Of a stretch of 64,000 bases of DNA, positions 1 to 12,128 are shown in pieces. Within the stretch, counting starts at the first letter, position 1. Each line of letters starts with the position of its first letter. This DNA is from Octopus bimaculoides (Eukaryota): positions 29,404,908 to 29,468,907 of the forward strand of contig NC_068982.1 in assembly GCF_001194135.2 (NCBI RefSeq). Direction: 5' to 3'. The notes beneath the pieces were generated by a model, which worked only from the letters and a program-made list of their open reading frames with translations, was not told the DNA's origin and made no database searches. The position numbers were made by a program, and so were the translations under genes.

Positions 1-371
1 AGAAATAATGAGGTAGTTTGCCTGTCTGTCTGTCACTCACATATATACATACATGCATACATACATACATACATACATACATATGCAGTGGTTTACGTTT
101 TGTTCCTTGGTTGTGTTGCTGTTGATGTTGTGGCCAGCCATGTTTTTTGTAGTAACCCTGCATGATAAGTTCAAGTTCCAGTTGAAAATCACAACAATCA
201 TGAATAAAATGTTTCCTCAGTCAATTCATCTGAAGATTAACCAGTTACTTAACAGGGCTGATAGTTGTGGCTCCAAAGTTGGAGGTAGTCTTCATTGTAT
301 TTTCAATAAATAGTCTCCCATGCCAAATACACAGCTTATTGCTTTGATTTCCTATGTATGTATGTATCATT

Positions 372-975
372 AAATTCATGCCCAAAGAAGCTGCACAACT
401 CTACCGCAATCTATCAGATGAAAGGATGAGCATATATGAACAGAAGACCATGCATGGATATGTTAGTAGAAAGCTCAGAGATGATATTAACAATGATCAC
501 CAAAGCAGTTTATCATGGACCAACAACTAGATTACTACCCCCCATTTTGAAGGGTATGCATTTGCAATCCAGGAACAGGAAATATCAATCAAATACCTGC
601 TGCACAAAAGGGACAGAGATGCAGGAAAAGCAGTAAAATGTGACAACCAATACAAACTTAGTAGAGTTAATGCTGAAGATATTACCCACATTATAAGCAG
701 CTGTTCCAAAATATCATCATGATATTATCTACTGATGAGACATGGTGTTGTAGCTAGGACACTGTATAATGAGATCTATTGAAAGGATAACTCCAAGGAC
801 AAAGAAATAAGAACCCACTTTATGGTGGAAGCCATAGCCACTCATAATAAGGAGTACTGGTGAAATATCCCAGTGAAAAGCCTCCATAAAATGTAAGCAC
901 AACAGACCTGATATAATGATTTGGAGAAACTGTGTACAGTTGCAGAAATACACGTCACCTTACTGTACTCAAGAA
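372..975 (+). mobile_element. R4/Dong-like non-LTR retrotransposon fragment (post-RT, CCHC knuckle, start of RLE), decayed
   Basis: One frame with stops reads KTMHGYV...HFEGYAFAIQEQEISIKYL...EDITHIISSCSK...RHGVVARTLY...EYW*NIPV. Confidence 0.85.
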
Positions 976-1308
976 TACCTGTCCTCCACAGCTGAGGTGT
1001 TAAGATTGCATCCTCTGGTGAAGAGGATTAGCCAGCTAGAGTCTTGTGCCAGTGCCATTAGAAAAGCACTCATGTTGGTGCTACATAGAAGTGCTCAAAG
1101 CTGTGCTATGTTAAAAGTACCCAGCACACACTATAAAGTGGTTAGCATTAGGATTGGAATTCAGCCATAGAAACCAAGAACCTGGTGCAGCTCTCCAGCT
1201 TGTTAGCTCAGATCAAACCATCCTACCCATGCCAGCATGGAAAATGGATGTTAAAGGATGATGCTGATAATGATATTGAATACAACTAAAAAAAATACTT
1301 CACACAAT

Positions 1309-1548
1309 TTAACTCTTTTGGTATAAATCCACTTGGGGCCAGCCCTTGTTTTATGATGTAACTTACTGTTTTATAGACGTCTAAATTTAAAAAAAAAGAA
1401 AACCTTTTCACAAAATTCCATGTTAATTAATGTTTCAAACACCAGGTTAACAATTACAAAATTATTTTACTCAAATTTTCATTATTTTAAGAATTAATTG
1501 AAACAAAAGCAATGCATTTTGACAAAAATATAGTAATAAAAAAGATTA
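1309..1548 (+). mobile_element. Degenerate MITE with TTAAC(C/T)CTTT-like ends (different family)
   Basis: Ends TTAACTCTTTTGGTAT and GTAATAAAAAAGATTA. Confidence 0.35.
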
Positions 1549-1736
1549 GATATTTTCATAAACAAAATGTTGTTTTGTTAATGAATTGCTCGTTATTGTA
1601 AATGTACATTAATTAATAAGTAAACAAATGGCTGTACACAGACAAATACACTCAAGCTCAAAGATACATAGACTCATCTGTATAATTTAGGAAACTACTA
1701 AAGAATTTGAGGTGTCATATTATTGCTATTAATATT

Positions 1737-2164
1737 CTTTTCTACTCTAGGCACAAGGCCCGAAATTTTGGGGGAGGGGGTCAGTCGATTAGACCTACCC
1801 CAGTATGCAACTGGTACCTAATTTATTGATCCCAAAAGGATGAAAGGCAAAGTTGACCATGACAAAATTTGAACTCAGAACGTAAAGACATGAAATACCG
1901 CTAAGCATTTTGGCCAACGTGCTAACGTTTCTTATTTCTTTACTGCCCACAAGGGGCTACACACAGAGGGGACAAACAAGGACAGACAAACGGATTAAGT
2001 TGATTATATCGACCCCAGTGCGTAACTGGTACTTATTTAATCGACCCCGAAAGGACGAAAGACAAAATCAACCTCGGCGGAATTTGTACTCTGAACGTAG
2101 CGGCAGACGAAATACCGCTAAGCATTTCGCCCGGCATGCTAACGTTTCTGCCAGCTCTCTGCCT
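1737..2164 (-). mobile_element. Head-to-tail dimeric tRNA-derived SINE (Meta/MESC-like core) with 19-bp TSD
   Basis: Two GCCTTTCATCCTTT.GGG.TC.ATAAA..AAGTACCAG-type cores joined at 1932/1933. TSD TATTATTGCTATTAATATT at 1718-1736 and 2165-2183. The domain name is from memory. Confidence 0.85.
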
Positions 2165-2196
2165 TATTATTGCTATTAATATTATGGCTATTTCTT

Positions 2197-2340
2197 TAAG
2201 GTGGTGAGCTGGCAGAGTCATTAGCATGCTATGCAAAATGTTGCTAAGCATTTTGTCTGTCTTCCCATTTTGAGTTCAAATTCTGTCGAGATTGATTTTT
2301 CCTTTCATCCTTTCAAGGTCAATAAAATAAGTACCAGCTA
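2197..2340 (+). mobile_element. Monomeric SINE of the same core family (older copy)
   Basis: Head TAAGGTGGTGAGCTGGCAGA, B-box-like GAGTTCAAATTC, core CCTTTCATCCTTTCAAGGTCAATAAAATAAGTACCAG. Further copies at about 8355-8472(+), 14555-14677(-), 18670-18830(+), 21060-21250(+), 30258-30456(-), 32867-33008(+), 43400-43540(-) and 46070-46245(+). Confidence 0.8.
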
Positions 2341-2689
2341 CACACACATGTCACTTAGTGAGATCATACTTGAAGCCATGTGATTTGAAAGCATGAGTTT
2401 GTGAATCAAACTTCTTGTAGCAATTTGTCCCTTTTGCCACCAGCTTCTAATATTTTTGTCTCTACAACTAGCTCTATGGGATCATATTTTTCAGGTACAA
2501 ATACATCTAACCTTTTCCTATCTTTTATATTAATGAATCATGAAATTACTTCCCCTGCTGGAGATGTATAGTTAGTTGCAGGTTTAGTTTACACTGGAAA
2601 TCATTAAATTTTAACTTCTGAGTGTAAACTCTTAAGATACAAGAAAGTGAGTATAAAGAAAAATATGGAATGAGGATGGGAAGGTGTTG

Positions 2690-2930
2690 GTTCATAGGAG
2701 TGTGAGAGGAGAGTGAAAGGTGGTTAGAGATAAGAGTAGAGGTTAATGTATGAATGATGAACAGGGTGGAGATGTAGCCAAGGGTACATTTCAGTATGGG
2801 GGAGAAGGTAAAAGAAATAACTCATGAAAGAAGTGATACATGGCCATAAAGGAAGAGTGGAAAATTACAATAAACTTGTAGATAGACCAGAAAATAGAGA
2901 AAGCTTGAAGATAGATCAGACGGAAAAATC
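2690..2930 (-). mobile_element. Diverged copy of the same LINE 3' UTR as 4610-4790
   Basis: Shared blocks AGAGAT(A/G)AG(A/G)GTAGAGGTTAATGT, GGAGAAGGTAAAA(G/T)AAATA and GTAG(A/G)TAGA(C/T)CAGAAAATAG. Confidence 0.6.
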
Positions 2931-3978
2931 CTTTGTTGTTTCTAGAGTAAAAAATTATTTTAGTTTCAAACAAAATTTGCTTTGTTGGTGATACCTCCCT
3001 CACCAAGAGAAATATGCATAGTAGAAGTTCACAGACAACTTTAGACTTTAACATGAAGACTTTGAACATAATAATATAAAGTGGAAGACAAATGCTTCTA
3101 TAGCTCTCAAAATTATTTTCTAAATTTGCCTTATCATAAAGAGATCATAAAACTGATGAATTATCATCAGAAATAAATCCTATAAAGCATATTAATCTAT
3201 ATTAATTGCATTCTTGTATCCATAACAGAAGAAATAAAATTGCTTATTTTGGATGTATATATTTTCCTATGTGTTTCTTTCAATAGATGATACCGGTTTT
3301 ATGATATATGATTTCAAATAGCATGAAATATAGCTTATATCACATACTACCACAAAGCAAAGTAGTATATCAAATAATACAATAGAAATTCTTTTACTGC
3401 CTTTTACAGAAGTATGATGCATACATTAAACTTCAGCTTGATAGAGTATTAAAAGTTAAGTACAGAAAATAAAATTGATCAGATAGCATAAAGCAATAAA
3501 TTAAAGGAAAGTAACTGAATGATGTGTGTTAGATATATGCACTTGGCATCAGAGGTTTTCTGATCATTCATTCATTTTGAATGCATATAACTATAATGCT
3601 ATAGTAAAACCTGTTTATAAATCAGCTTGCTCTTGTTAATAAATACTAAAATCTGAATCCTGAATAGAGGCTTCAATTGCATTGAGGAAGGTGGTGTACC
3701 ATCGATGAGGCATTGAGGATAACTACTTAGTAGTCATGTTAGATAAGATATTCCTGCAGATTGAGAACAAAAGAACAGTGGCAGTGTTTTGCTTAGCGTC
3801 TTGGGAGATTTGTGCTCTTGAGCTGTTATATTACCAAACTATATCAATCAGTGATTTAATTTTAAAGGACAGATTCAGCTGTATAAAGATTAAAGTTCTT
3901 CAGTGTATACCTGTTTCATTTGAATATCATATAACTGAATTCATTCTAAATCTGGCTGACACAACTGTATGGAAAACT

Positions 3979-4110
3979 ACCACCACCACCACCACCACCA
4001 CTGCCACCACCACTGCCACCGCCNNNNNNNNNNNNNNNNNNNNNNNNNCCACCACCACCACCGCCGCCGCCGCCGCCGCCACCACAATCACCATTATCAT
4101 CAGCAGTAGC
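3979..4110. repeat. (CCA)n/(CCG)n compound microsatellite with gap
   Basis: Seen directly. Confidence 0.95.
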
Positions 4111-5635
4111 AGCTGTATTTATTGTTGATCTGTCATGCTGGCATGGGTTCGATAATTCAACAAGATCCAATGAGATGGAGGACAGGGCTGAATGGCAATG
4201 TCTGCTTTTGTATGGTTTCTACAGCTGGATGTCCTTTCTAATGCTAACCACTCTACAGAGTGTGTTGGGTGCTTTTTTTCATGAAAGTGACACCAGTGAA
4301 GTTTTCATATAACATGCAAAGCAAAGAAAAAGAAGTGGACCCCTCAACTGCATGGAGTAGTAGCTGATAGGGAGGTGGATTTATGCCAGGTGTTGAGAGA
4401 CTAAAGTATGAAAGAGGGACAGACATAGGGGTCTTGCTATAGAAGAGGTATATGGCTACCTCACATTATATAAAAGTGGGTGATAGTAGTTGGAAAGAAG
4501 ATAAAGATCTTGTGATGAGGTATCAGAGCATATATACTCTCAATGCATAAGAAGAGTAGAAGAGAGAATACAGTCTGAGTATGAGGAGATGTAGGTGGAT
4601 AAATTCATTGGATAGAGATGAGGGTAGAGGTTAATGTGGTGAATAATGTATATGGGGTAAAGTGTGGAGAAGGTAAAATAAATAGGTCAGGAAGGAGAGG
4701 GTGGTAAGTGGTAGTGTAGGAAGAGTGGTGAGCAAAAGTGTAATAAATCTGTAGGTAGATCAGAAAATAGGGAGATGATGTGTAGGCAGGAGAATATTGG
4801 TGAAAGAGATATACAAGGACAGAGACAGAAGTCAAAGTTATGTCATGGTGGCTTTAGTGACTGGGAAACAATGGTGGGTTGGGAACATTGATGGTAGATA
4901 TGAGAAGGTATTGAAAGTGCGAGTAGACATGAGTGTGTGTTAAAGATGAGGATGGTAGTCTTAAGATATAGCTTAGGGGAGAGATAGAAATACCTGAAGG
5001 CACAGAAAGTGGTGAACAGTGGAAAATAAAGTGGAAAGAGGATCTATTGAGAATGGGGAATGGATGTTAAAGGAAGTGGTTCCAGGGAAACTGGGAGGTA
5101 ACCAGTAGCATAAAGGGGAAGAAATAGGTGTCGATTTGGTTATCATATGATTACAGCAGCTGAATAGTACCATTGCTAGAAGAATGATAAAGCGGTGTGT
5201 GTTGGGAAGGTGAGAGGTAGGGAAAACTTGACTGGAACAAAATGAGTGCAGAAGTAGGGGGCAGTAAGGATATTGACATAAATCTAATGCTTTTAGGACC
5301 TTGCTTTCTCTGTGATAAATGGATTTTATCAAGCATAGCAACATGCCAATCATCTCAGTCTCTTCTCATCTTTTCCCTAAAGCTCAACACTTTGAGATCA
5401 GCATTCACTACTTTATCCCAAGTCTTCCTGGATTTCCTTCTTCCATTTTAAAGTGATTAGTACTTCTGTATACAGCTGTCATCATCCAGTCACATCACAT
5501 GACCATACCAGCACAGCCTTCTCTCATGCAAACTACATCTGATTTTTCACATTCCCAATTTTTCTTTTAACACATTTGCACTCTGTCGTACATGCACAGG
5601 AAGGGATTGCATGTCCATTGAAGCATACTAGCTTA
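4100..5635 (-). mobile_element. 5'-truncated RTE-clade (RTE-X-like) LINE: ORF2 C-terminus, long 3' UTR and (GAT/GGT)n tail
   Basis: 5300-5630 reads ASMLQWTC...RQSANVLKEKLG...ERRLCWYGHVM...RKTWDKVVNADLKVL. The 3' terminus CATGCCAGCATG...(trinucleotide)n is near 4100-4150. Confidence 0.75.
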
Positions 5636-5707
5636 ATTCCTTTCTATTTTTTGCATGTCCTCTACATTCGGTATTATACCCCGCCTCTCTCTCTCCACAT
5701 ATATATA

Positions 5708-5742
<35 letters not shown>

Positions 5743-6457
5743 AGTGTCTTCACATTGATGTTGTTGATGTTTATGTCTCCCTCAATCAACATTTTCCACA
5801 GCTTGGCACTTTCATCAGTTTAGATGTATGAAGACTGGTGAAATGAAAAATGTTTCCTGAAAGGCAAGTAAGAGTTGCTAACAGGAAGGGCATCCAGCCA
5901 TAGACTATTGCCACAATAAGTCTCTTCTAACCCATGTCAGCATGGAAAAAGAATACATAAAAAAAAAACCAATAAAAATCATTATTAGCTCTCGTGACGA
6001 TATATTTGCAACATTATTAGCTTTAATCATTCAGTTAAGGATGAAAAGAAACATTAAACCATTCTGGAATGGTTTCTGAAGTAAAAGAATCCATTTCAAA
6101 ACATTGACATTCTTAATCAATATAGAAGAATATTTAGAAACACAATGCTGCTTTATAAAATAGAAAGATACCAAAAGCCAAGAATCTTTTTATGAATAGA
6201 TAAAGAATTTGATGCCCCAATACTATTTTCTAGAATTAAAAAGCAGGTGCATTAAGTTTAAACAATAGATTAAATTCAAAGAAGAGAGAGAAAATAGATC
6301 TAATAGGTGTTGTAGAATAAAACAAATAAGTAAAGTAAGTATTGTCTATTAAAAATTTAATCGATTTTACCCTTTCTTCAGCTTCTAAAAAGAATCTAAT
6401 CGTAAATTATTATGATTTTTACCTAAGTTTATTGATTCCATTTATTTCTCTCTTCAG

Positions 6458-6652
6458 AGCAAAAGCATCCATAGAACTGGAAATTTATTCTGGAGAACAG
6501 TAGACTAGGCAGATGAATAAAAAGCGCTGGGTAATTATTGATTTTTTAAAGTAAACAATCACTATTTATCACTATTGATTTTTAATTGGCAACATTTCTT
6601 TATTTCTCTTTGGTTCTGGATGATTATTCAACCTCGAGCGTTTGGAAACTTT
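6458..6652 (+). other. Candidate 5' exon of the plus-strand gene (coding frame unresolved)
   Basis: Strong acceptor tttatttctctcttcag and strong donor TTT|gtaagt. ATG at 6513 (MNKKRWVIIDFLK*) stops at 6552, while two other frames carry hydrophobic signal-peptide-like text up to the donor. Confidence 0.45.
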
Positions 6653-9302
6653 GTAAGTACAAATATCAATTCAGTAATAATGTTCTTTGATGGCTGATTG
6701 CTTTCTACCAGATCTGAAATGTATTACACTGTTTCTCAGTTTTTCTTTTCTTTTTTTTTGTTTGTTTGTTATTAAAGTGCAACTTTAAAGGTAGTTTAGT
6801 TTCTACCTTCATTTCTTTTTGTTGAACTCAGTTAACAATTAATACACTTTTTTTTTCCTGAGTTACTCTCAAATAATGCATCACTGTAATAGTTTTTAAC
6901 ATTATAAAGATTTAAATGAGAGAGCTTTTATAATTAGTAAAAAAAAAACCCAAAATATAAAAAAATACACATGATGGAAAATAATTCAGGATTTGGTTTA
7001 ATGCAATTAAATTTTCAATAAATACATCATAGGTTGATTGTTATGATTCATTGTTTTCATATTTTGGTCAGAAAGATTTATGTAAATAAAGGTTTCTATT
7101 TCAATGTCATTATGAAACTAACAATGGAGGAAACTGAATACCACATGTAATAGGAAGTTTCCTTTCAAAATATTAGACAAAAACCAAAAAAAAAAAAAAA
7201 AAAAAAGGAAATCTATTTAATCTATTTACAAAAGTTTTGTTTTTAATATATACCCAGCCCAAACAAATATTTTAATGGCAATTATCTAAGAGGAACTTTT
7301 CAGCAACAGTTTGCTTTTTATTTACATTATTTACATTTTCATTTCTGATTCTACTAATATGAAAGGATAAACCTACAACTTCACAGCATTAAATATTACT
7401 GATTCCATATTCATCGATATGTGGTATCCTGAAGTCTATTGCATACACCACTGTTCAATATGTTTAACCGTAAGATTTAATAGTACTTTCTGAATATTTG
7501 CTCATTAAAGAGACAGTTTTTCTTTATTAGCATGAAAAAAAAAATTTCGTTAGTCCATGCTATTGATTTATTTACTTATTTTGCAATATTGAAATTTCAA
7601 GCTGAAAATTGCTAGAATATTGTTTGGAAATAAATTCTAATTTAAAACAGTGCACACTTGACTAAATTTCTAGTACCTGGTTTAGAATAGATGACAGAAC
7701 AATAGTTGTACACTATTGGCAATATGATAATATGGTATTTGCCCTTCATGTTTCTGAAAATAACCAGATTAGCACCTTTATTCTTTGCAGGACCTGAAGT
7801 GGTTTATTAGGCTAGTATTGGCATAAAATCTCTGGTTACAGTGGGGGCATATTACAGCAGAATCAGGACCTGGTAGATGTCTTGCATTCCATGTAGCCCT
7901 CCTCTCCTTAATTTCTCTGATCATTTCTGACTCTGAGAAATATACTCCAGAGTACACAGCACTTTGTCACATTGAGCAATCTTGAGCAAGATGTTCTCAA
8001 GTCGACTGCTCTAAGTTACAGAAATGGTAAATGGTTACAGCACAAATGCAATTAATGTAAACTTGATAAAATAATATTCGTGATGCCTTATCTCTACTAA
8101 GTATAGAAGCAGATGCGTTACATAAGAGGACTTGATGAAAGGTCTTACAATTAAAAAAGGTTGGAGAAAAGTTTTTAAATATGATAAAGTGGAAGTATAT
8201 GAACATAGAAATTATTTTTCATCTTACTGTTAGTTTTGTTTCATTTTGAAAAGGAAAAGTTAAAATTTCTGTTATGGTTTGTTATTGTTTATATTTTGAA
8301 TTACATATATATTGGGTCACCAAATTTTTTTGAATGGTTAGAGTCTCTATGGATCTTAATCCAGTCTTGCTTTCAGGGTTTATAAAATAAGTACCAGTTG
8401 AGCACTGGGGTTGATGTAATCAATTCAGCCCTTCCCCTAAACTTTCTGCCCTGGTGCCAAAATTTGAAAGCAATATATGTCCCAAATACCAGATTAATAA
8501 TAACAATGTTATTTTCCTAAATGACTTCACTATTTTCAAAACAAATTGAAACAAAGTTGTGTATTCCATCATAAATATGGTAAAAAAAAGGGTTAAAACA
8601 CAATTAAATTGGATTTTCACTGTGGTTAATAGGCTACAGAACATACAACCAACTAAGAAACAATTTAGAGAAAAAAATGACATTTATTTTCCGATTTTGA
8701 CAGTCCACTACTTAATTATTTACAAAATTCAAATTGTCCTGAATGGAAACTCTTAAATAAAATGATAATAGGTAATAATTTAAGCATTTTTTATTGCTTT
8801 ATATCTCTGGTTTTGAGTTAAGTCCCTATTATTTATTACCTGTATTTCCCTAAAATAATGCTACAACATACTGCATGATATATTCACCTGCATCGCCAAA
8901 AGGAAATACATTTCATATGCATAGCAGCATCACAATATAACTTTAAATTCTTGACAGCATTGTTATTATTTAATAATTGCTCCTGTTCTCTCTATAAATA
9001 GTTTACAATAAAAAGAAAAAGCAAATAATTGTTATGTAGCTTTCAAAGATAAATGAGACATTTCCACCCCGCTTGATAGGACATTTTATCACTTTTATGT
9101 ACAAATGTATGTATGTATATGTGTGTTGTGTGTGTGCGTGCATGTGTGTGTGTGTATGTATGTAGTCATACATACACACATATGCATTTACACAATACAT
9201 ACATGCATACACAAATTCACATATTGTAATAGAGACAACTGTAGAGTCATCTGTATAACAAGTACCAATAGTTATCACAGTATATATATATATATATATA
9301 TA

Positions 9303-9366
9303 TATACTCTTTCTCATTTACTCTTTTATATATATATATATAAAAGAGTAAATGAGAAAGAGTATA
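9303..9366. repeat. Perfect 64-bp palindrome centred on (TA)n, abutting a gap
   Basis: TATACTCTTTCTCATTTACTCTTTTA (9303-9328) is the exact reverse complement of 9341-9366. Confidence 0.95.
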
Positions 9367-10317
9367 NNNNNNNNNNNNNNNNNNNNNNNNNNNNNNNNNN
9401 NNNNNNNNNNNNNNNNNNNNNNNNNNNNNNNNNNNNNNNNNNNNNNNNNNNNNNNNNNNNNNNNNNNNNNNNNNNNNNNNNNNNNNNNNNNNNNNNNNNN
9501 NNNNNNNNNNNNNTGTTGCTGCAGTTTTTCCCATTATCAACGAAGTACTAACATCCATTTCTATTATGCAGCCATAGATTGGACAAACTGCCATATATCA
9601 TATCACTGCTGGATCTGGCATTGTACACTAGCTTTTGTGTGACCCAACTACTCAAAATCCAATCTAGTCACTTTTTCTATATCATCTTCTATGAGTCCTC
9701 TCCAAAGGCATCAAATGGTTCTTTTGTCCCCCAGGCACCTCCGTCTATTTCCATATGAATGCAATCATCCTCCTACAAAGCATTGACTGATGCCTTTAAT
9801 GTCCAGCTAGTCCAAAAGTTCATATGCCAATTAATATTACCCATTCAATGTATTATTATCTTTTCACCTCTTTCTAGCCTCCACAGAAATTTTGAATTCA
9901 GCATCCCTGTCTCTCTCTCAAACTGAATCAAGCTTCTTGCACAAATTCCATCCAGTATATCTTTCACGAGAACAGAAATCCTTCATTACAATATCAATAA
10001 ATTCACATATCTAATTCAAAGGGATTTGATCTCAAAACATACAGTGGAAGGGCCAGTACCAGGGTATTTAGTACTCTAGGCCAGTCCTACAATGTGAACC
10101 CTTTTCCCTAGCTCTATACAGGCCATCAACTCCCAGTTCTATAATATGCACCTTTTCTCCTAACCCTACAATGACCTCCTTACTTCATCCAGCTTCCCAT
10201 TTTATGGCCCCTTTAACATTTTTTCCACAAATTCCTCCAGTCATCAACCACTTTACACCAGTTAAAAATGCAGTGCAAAAAAAAATTATAATTAACCTGT
10301 GTGCAATAATTCTAGTT

Positions 10318-10503
10318 TGCACAAAGAAAATGCAAACTACATAAGTCCAGAGCCAACTCCTTGCCTTCTGTCTCAACAGACCACCGATGCCAAACCTGCA
10401 ACAGAGCCTTCCGGACATGCATCAGACTGATTGGCCACAGCTGGCCACACTGTACCCCATATTCTTCTCCTTAGTCATCACCGACAACGATGGACAAACT
10501 AAA
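10318..10503 (+). mobile_element. RTE (BovB-like) LINE 3' end with terminal C2H2-like motif
   Basis: LHKSRANS...HRCQTCNRAFRTCIRLIGHSWPH, followed by GTCATCACCGACAACGATGGACAAAC. A second copy lies at 32705-32835. Confidence 0.75.
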
Positions 10504-11956
10504 TGTAACATAACATTATTATGACACATGCCATTAAGTAAATCTCTTACATGGGAAACTTTGAAATGCTTCATGTCAAATCATATAACAAGTCATAAGG
10601 CCACCTGACCCCTAATATGTCACACTTCATCCCAACCCTATCCTCCATCCTTCTACGGTTCAAGAGAAACCTCTCCTGCTCTCTTCGTTGATGAGTGATT
10701 TTCTGTCTTTAGGTGGATTGAGAAATTTTAGGTTGTTCAGAATTTATGCAATCTTATTATATATTAGTGCATTCGGTAACTACCTAGTTGATTTAATATG
10801 TAATACTGACTCGACATAGAGCTGGAACAAATACTGACATTGTAGCAACTATATGGATACACTGCCTTATTAAAAAGTCATTTAGCAGCCAAAAGTATCT
10901 CCTTTCCTTCCAACTGTATAATACGTTTGTCTCCTTGAACTTTGCTCAATCGACCTTCTTCCTCTGCTTGCTCCAGATGGTAGCTAACAGTATTTCTGAA
11001 GTCAATACAGACATGCATTTTTACTGTAAACATCTTTAACAACAGTCAGTATAGCAAAGCTCTCTGAAAACTATACTACACTGTTCAATGTGTCCTATTT
11101 ATAAGATAATAAACCGAGTGTGATTTGAGAGACATTTTGGCTGCTATTTCTAGCAACTCATGTAACTATGCAGACGCAGGATTTTATATGCCACATCTAA
11201 CTCTATTCAATGCTATGCAGACAGAAATATCTCCTTTCCCATCCTTTAAAACCAGTGCTAGTTTATTGCTAACATCAGCTATGCTTAATTCCATCAATTG
11301 ACCCTTAAATTATCCACCAACACCAAATTGTCTTACCATTATACCTGCTGTATTGAGTGACCATGTTTACTGAAAATCACCTGCTGGGAATGTCTGAGTT
11401 TTCTCAGATAAGAAAAGAATATTATATGTAGAATGTAGAAAAGAGTATGAAGTTGTTTTAAGAAAGATGTATGCATATGCTGCAATTTTCTGCAAAGGAA
11501 CACATCATCACAGGGAAGATATATTTAAAATTATTCAAGTTTTTAAAGTATCTAAGTATTTTTCAACTCATTTCAAAATCACTTGGCACACCTGTAGATC
11601 ACATACAGCATAGAATTGTACCATTATACAATGGTTGACAATTTCAGCTCTATTGTCATTGAAGAAAATATTGAATAATGTAGTACAGATATAGTCCTAA
11701 TATAGTCCAAAGTATATATATATATGTTTATATGTAAATATGACAAGATGGTCATGGCTGAAACATCTTCGACTTAGGTTTGCTTGACCATGGCTAGCCT
11801 CCAACTAGACAATAACAACCAGCATTAAAAAACCACAGCAGATAAAAAAGCCACCTACATCCTTCAGTTCATATCATATCAATTGCACTCCAACAGATCT
11901 CCAAGCTTCTTGTCACTTACACAGTGTTTTTCTTTCTAAACCTTGGACCAAGTATT

Positions 11957-12128
11957 GATTTCAAATTTTGGCACAAGGCCAACAATTCCAGGGCAGTGGG
12001 TAAGTCAATTGCATCGACCACAGTGTTCAATTGGTACTTGTTTTATCGATCCAAAAAAGGATGAAAGGCAAAAGGATGAATTTGAACTGAGAACATAAAG
12101 ATGGACAAAATGCTAACAATTCTGCCTT
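11957..12128 (-). mobile_element. Monomeric SINE (same core) with 16-bp TSD
   Basis: TSD CCTTGGACCAA(G/A)TATT at 11941-11956 and 12129-12144. Confidence 0.75.

Noticed and set aside
53-313. 86-aa ORF with a hydrophobic stretch
   Set aside because: It starts in a (TACA)n repeat, has no convincing splice sites and no recognisable homology.
3736-4128. 130-aa ORF
   Set aside because: A third of it is the (CCA)n repeat and a gap. It has no donor site and no recognisable motif.
9520-10250. Possible decayed LINE on the minus strand
   Set aside because: Only faint motif traces across many stops, too weak to call.
10868-11010. Minus-strand frame MHVCIDFRNTVSYHLEQAEEEGRLSKVQGDKRIIQLEGKEILLAAK
   Set aside because: It looks protein-like, but I could not assign it or find splice support. 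Possibly a decayed element.
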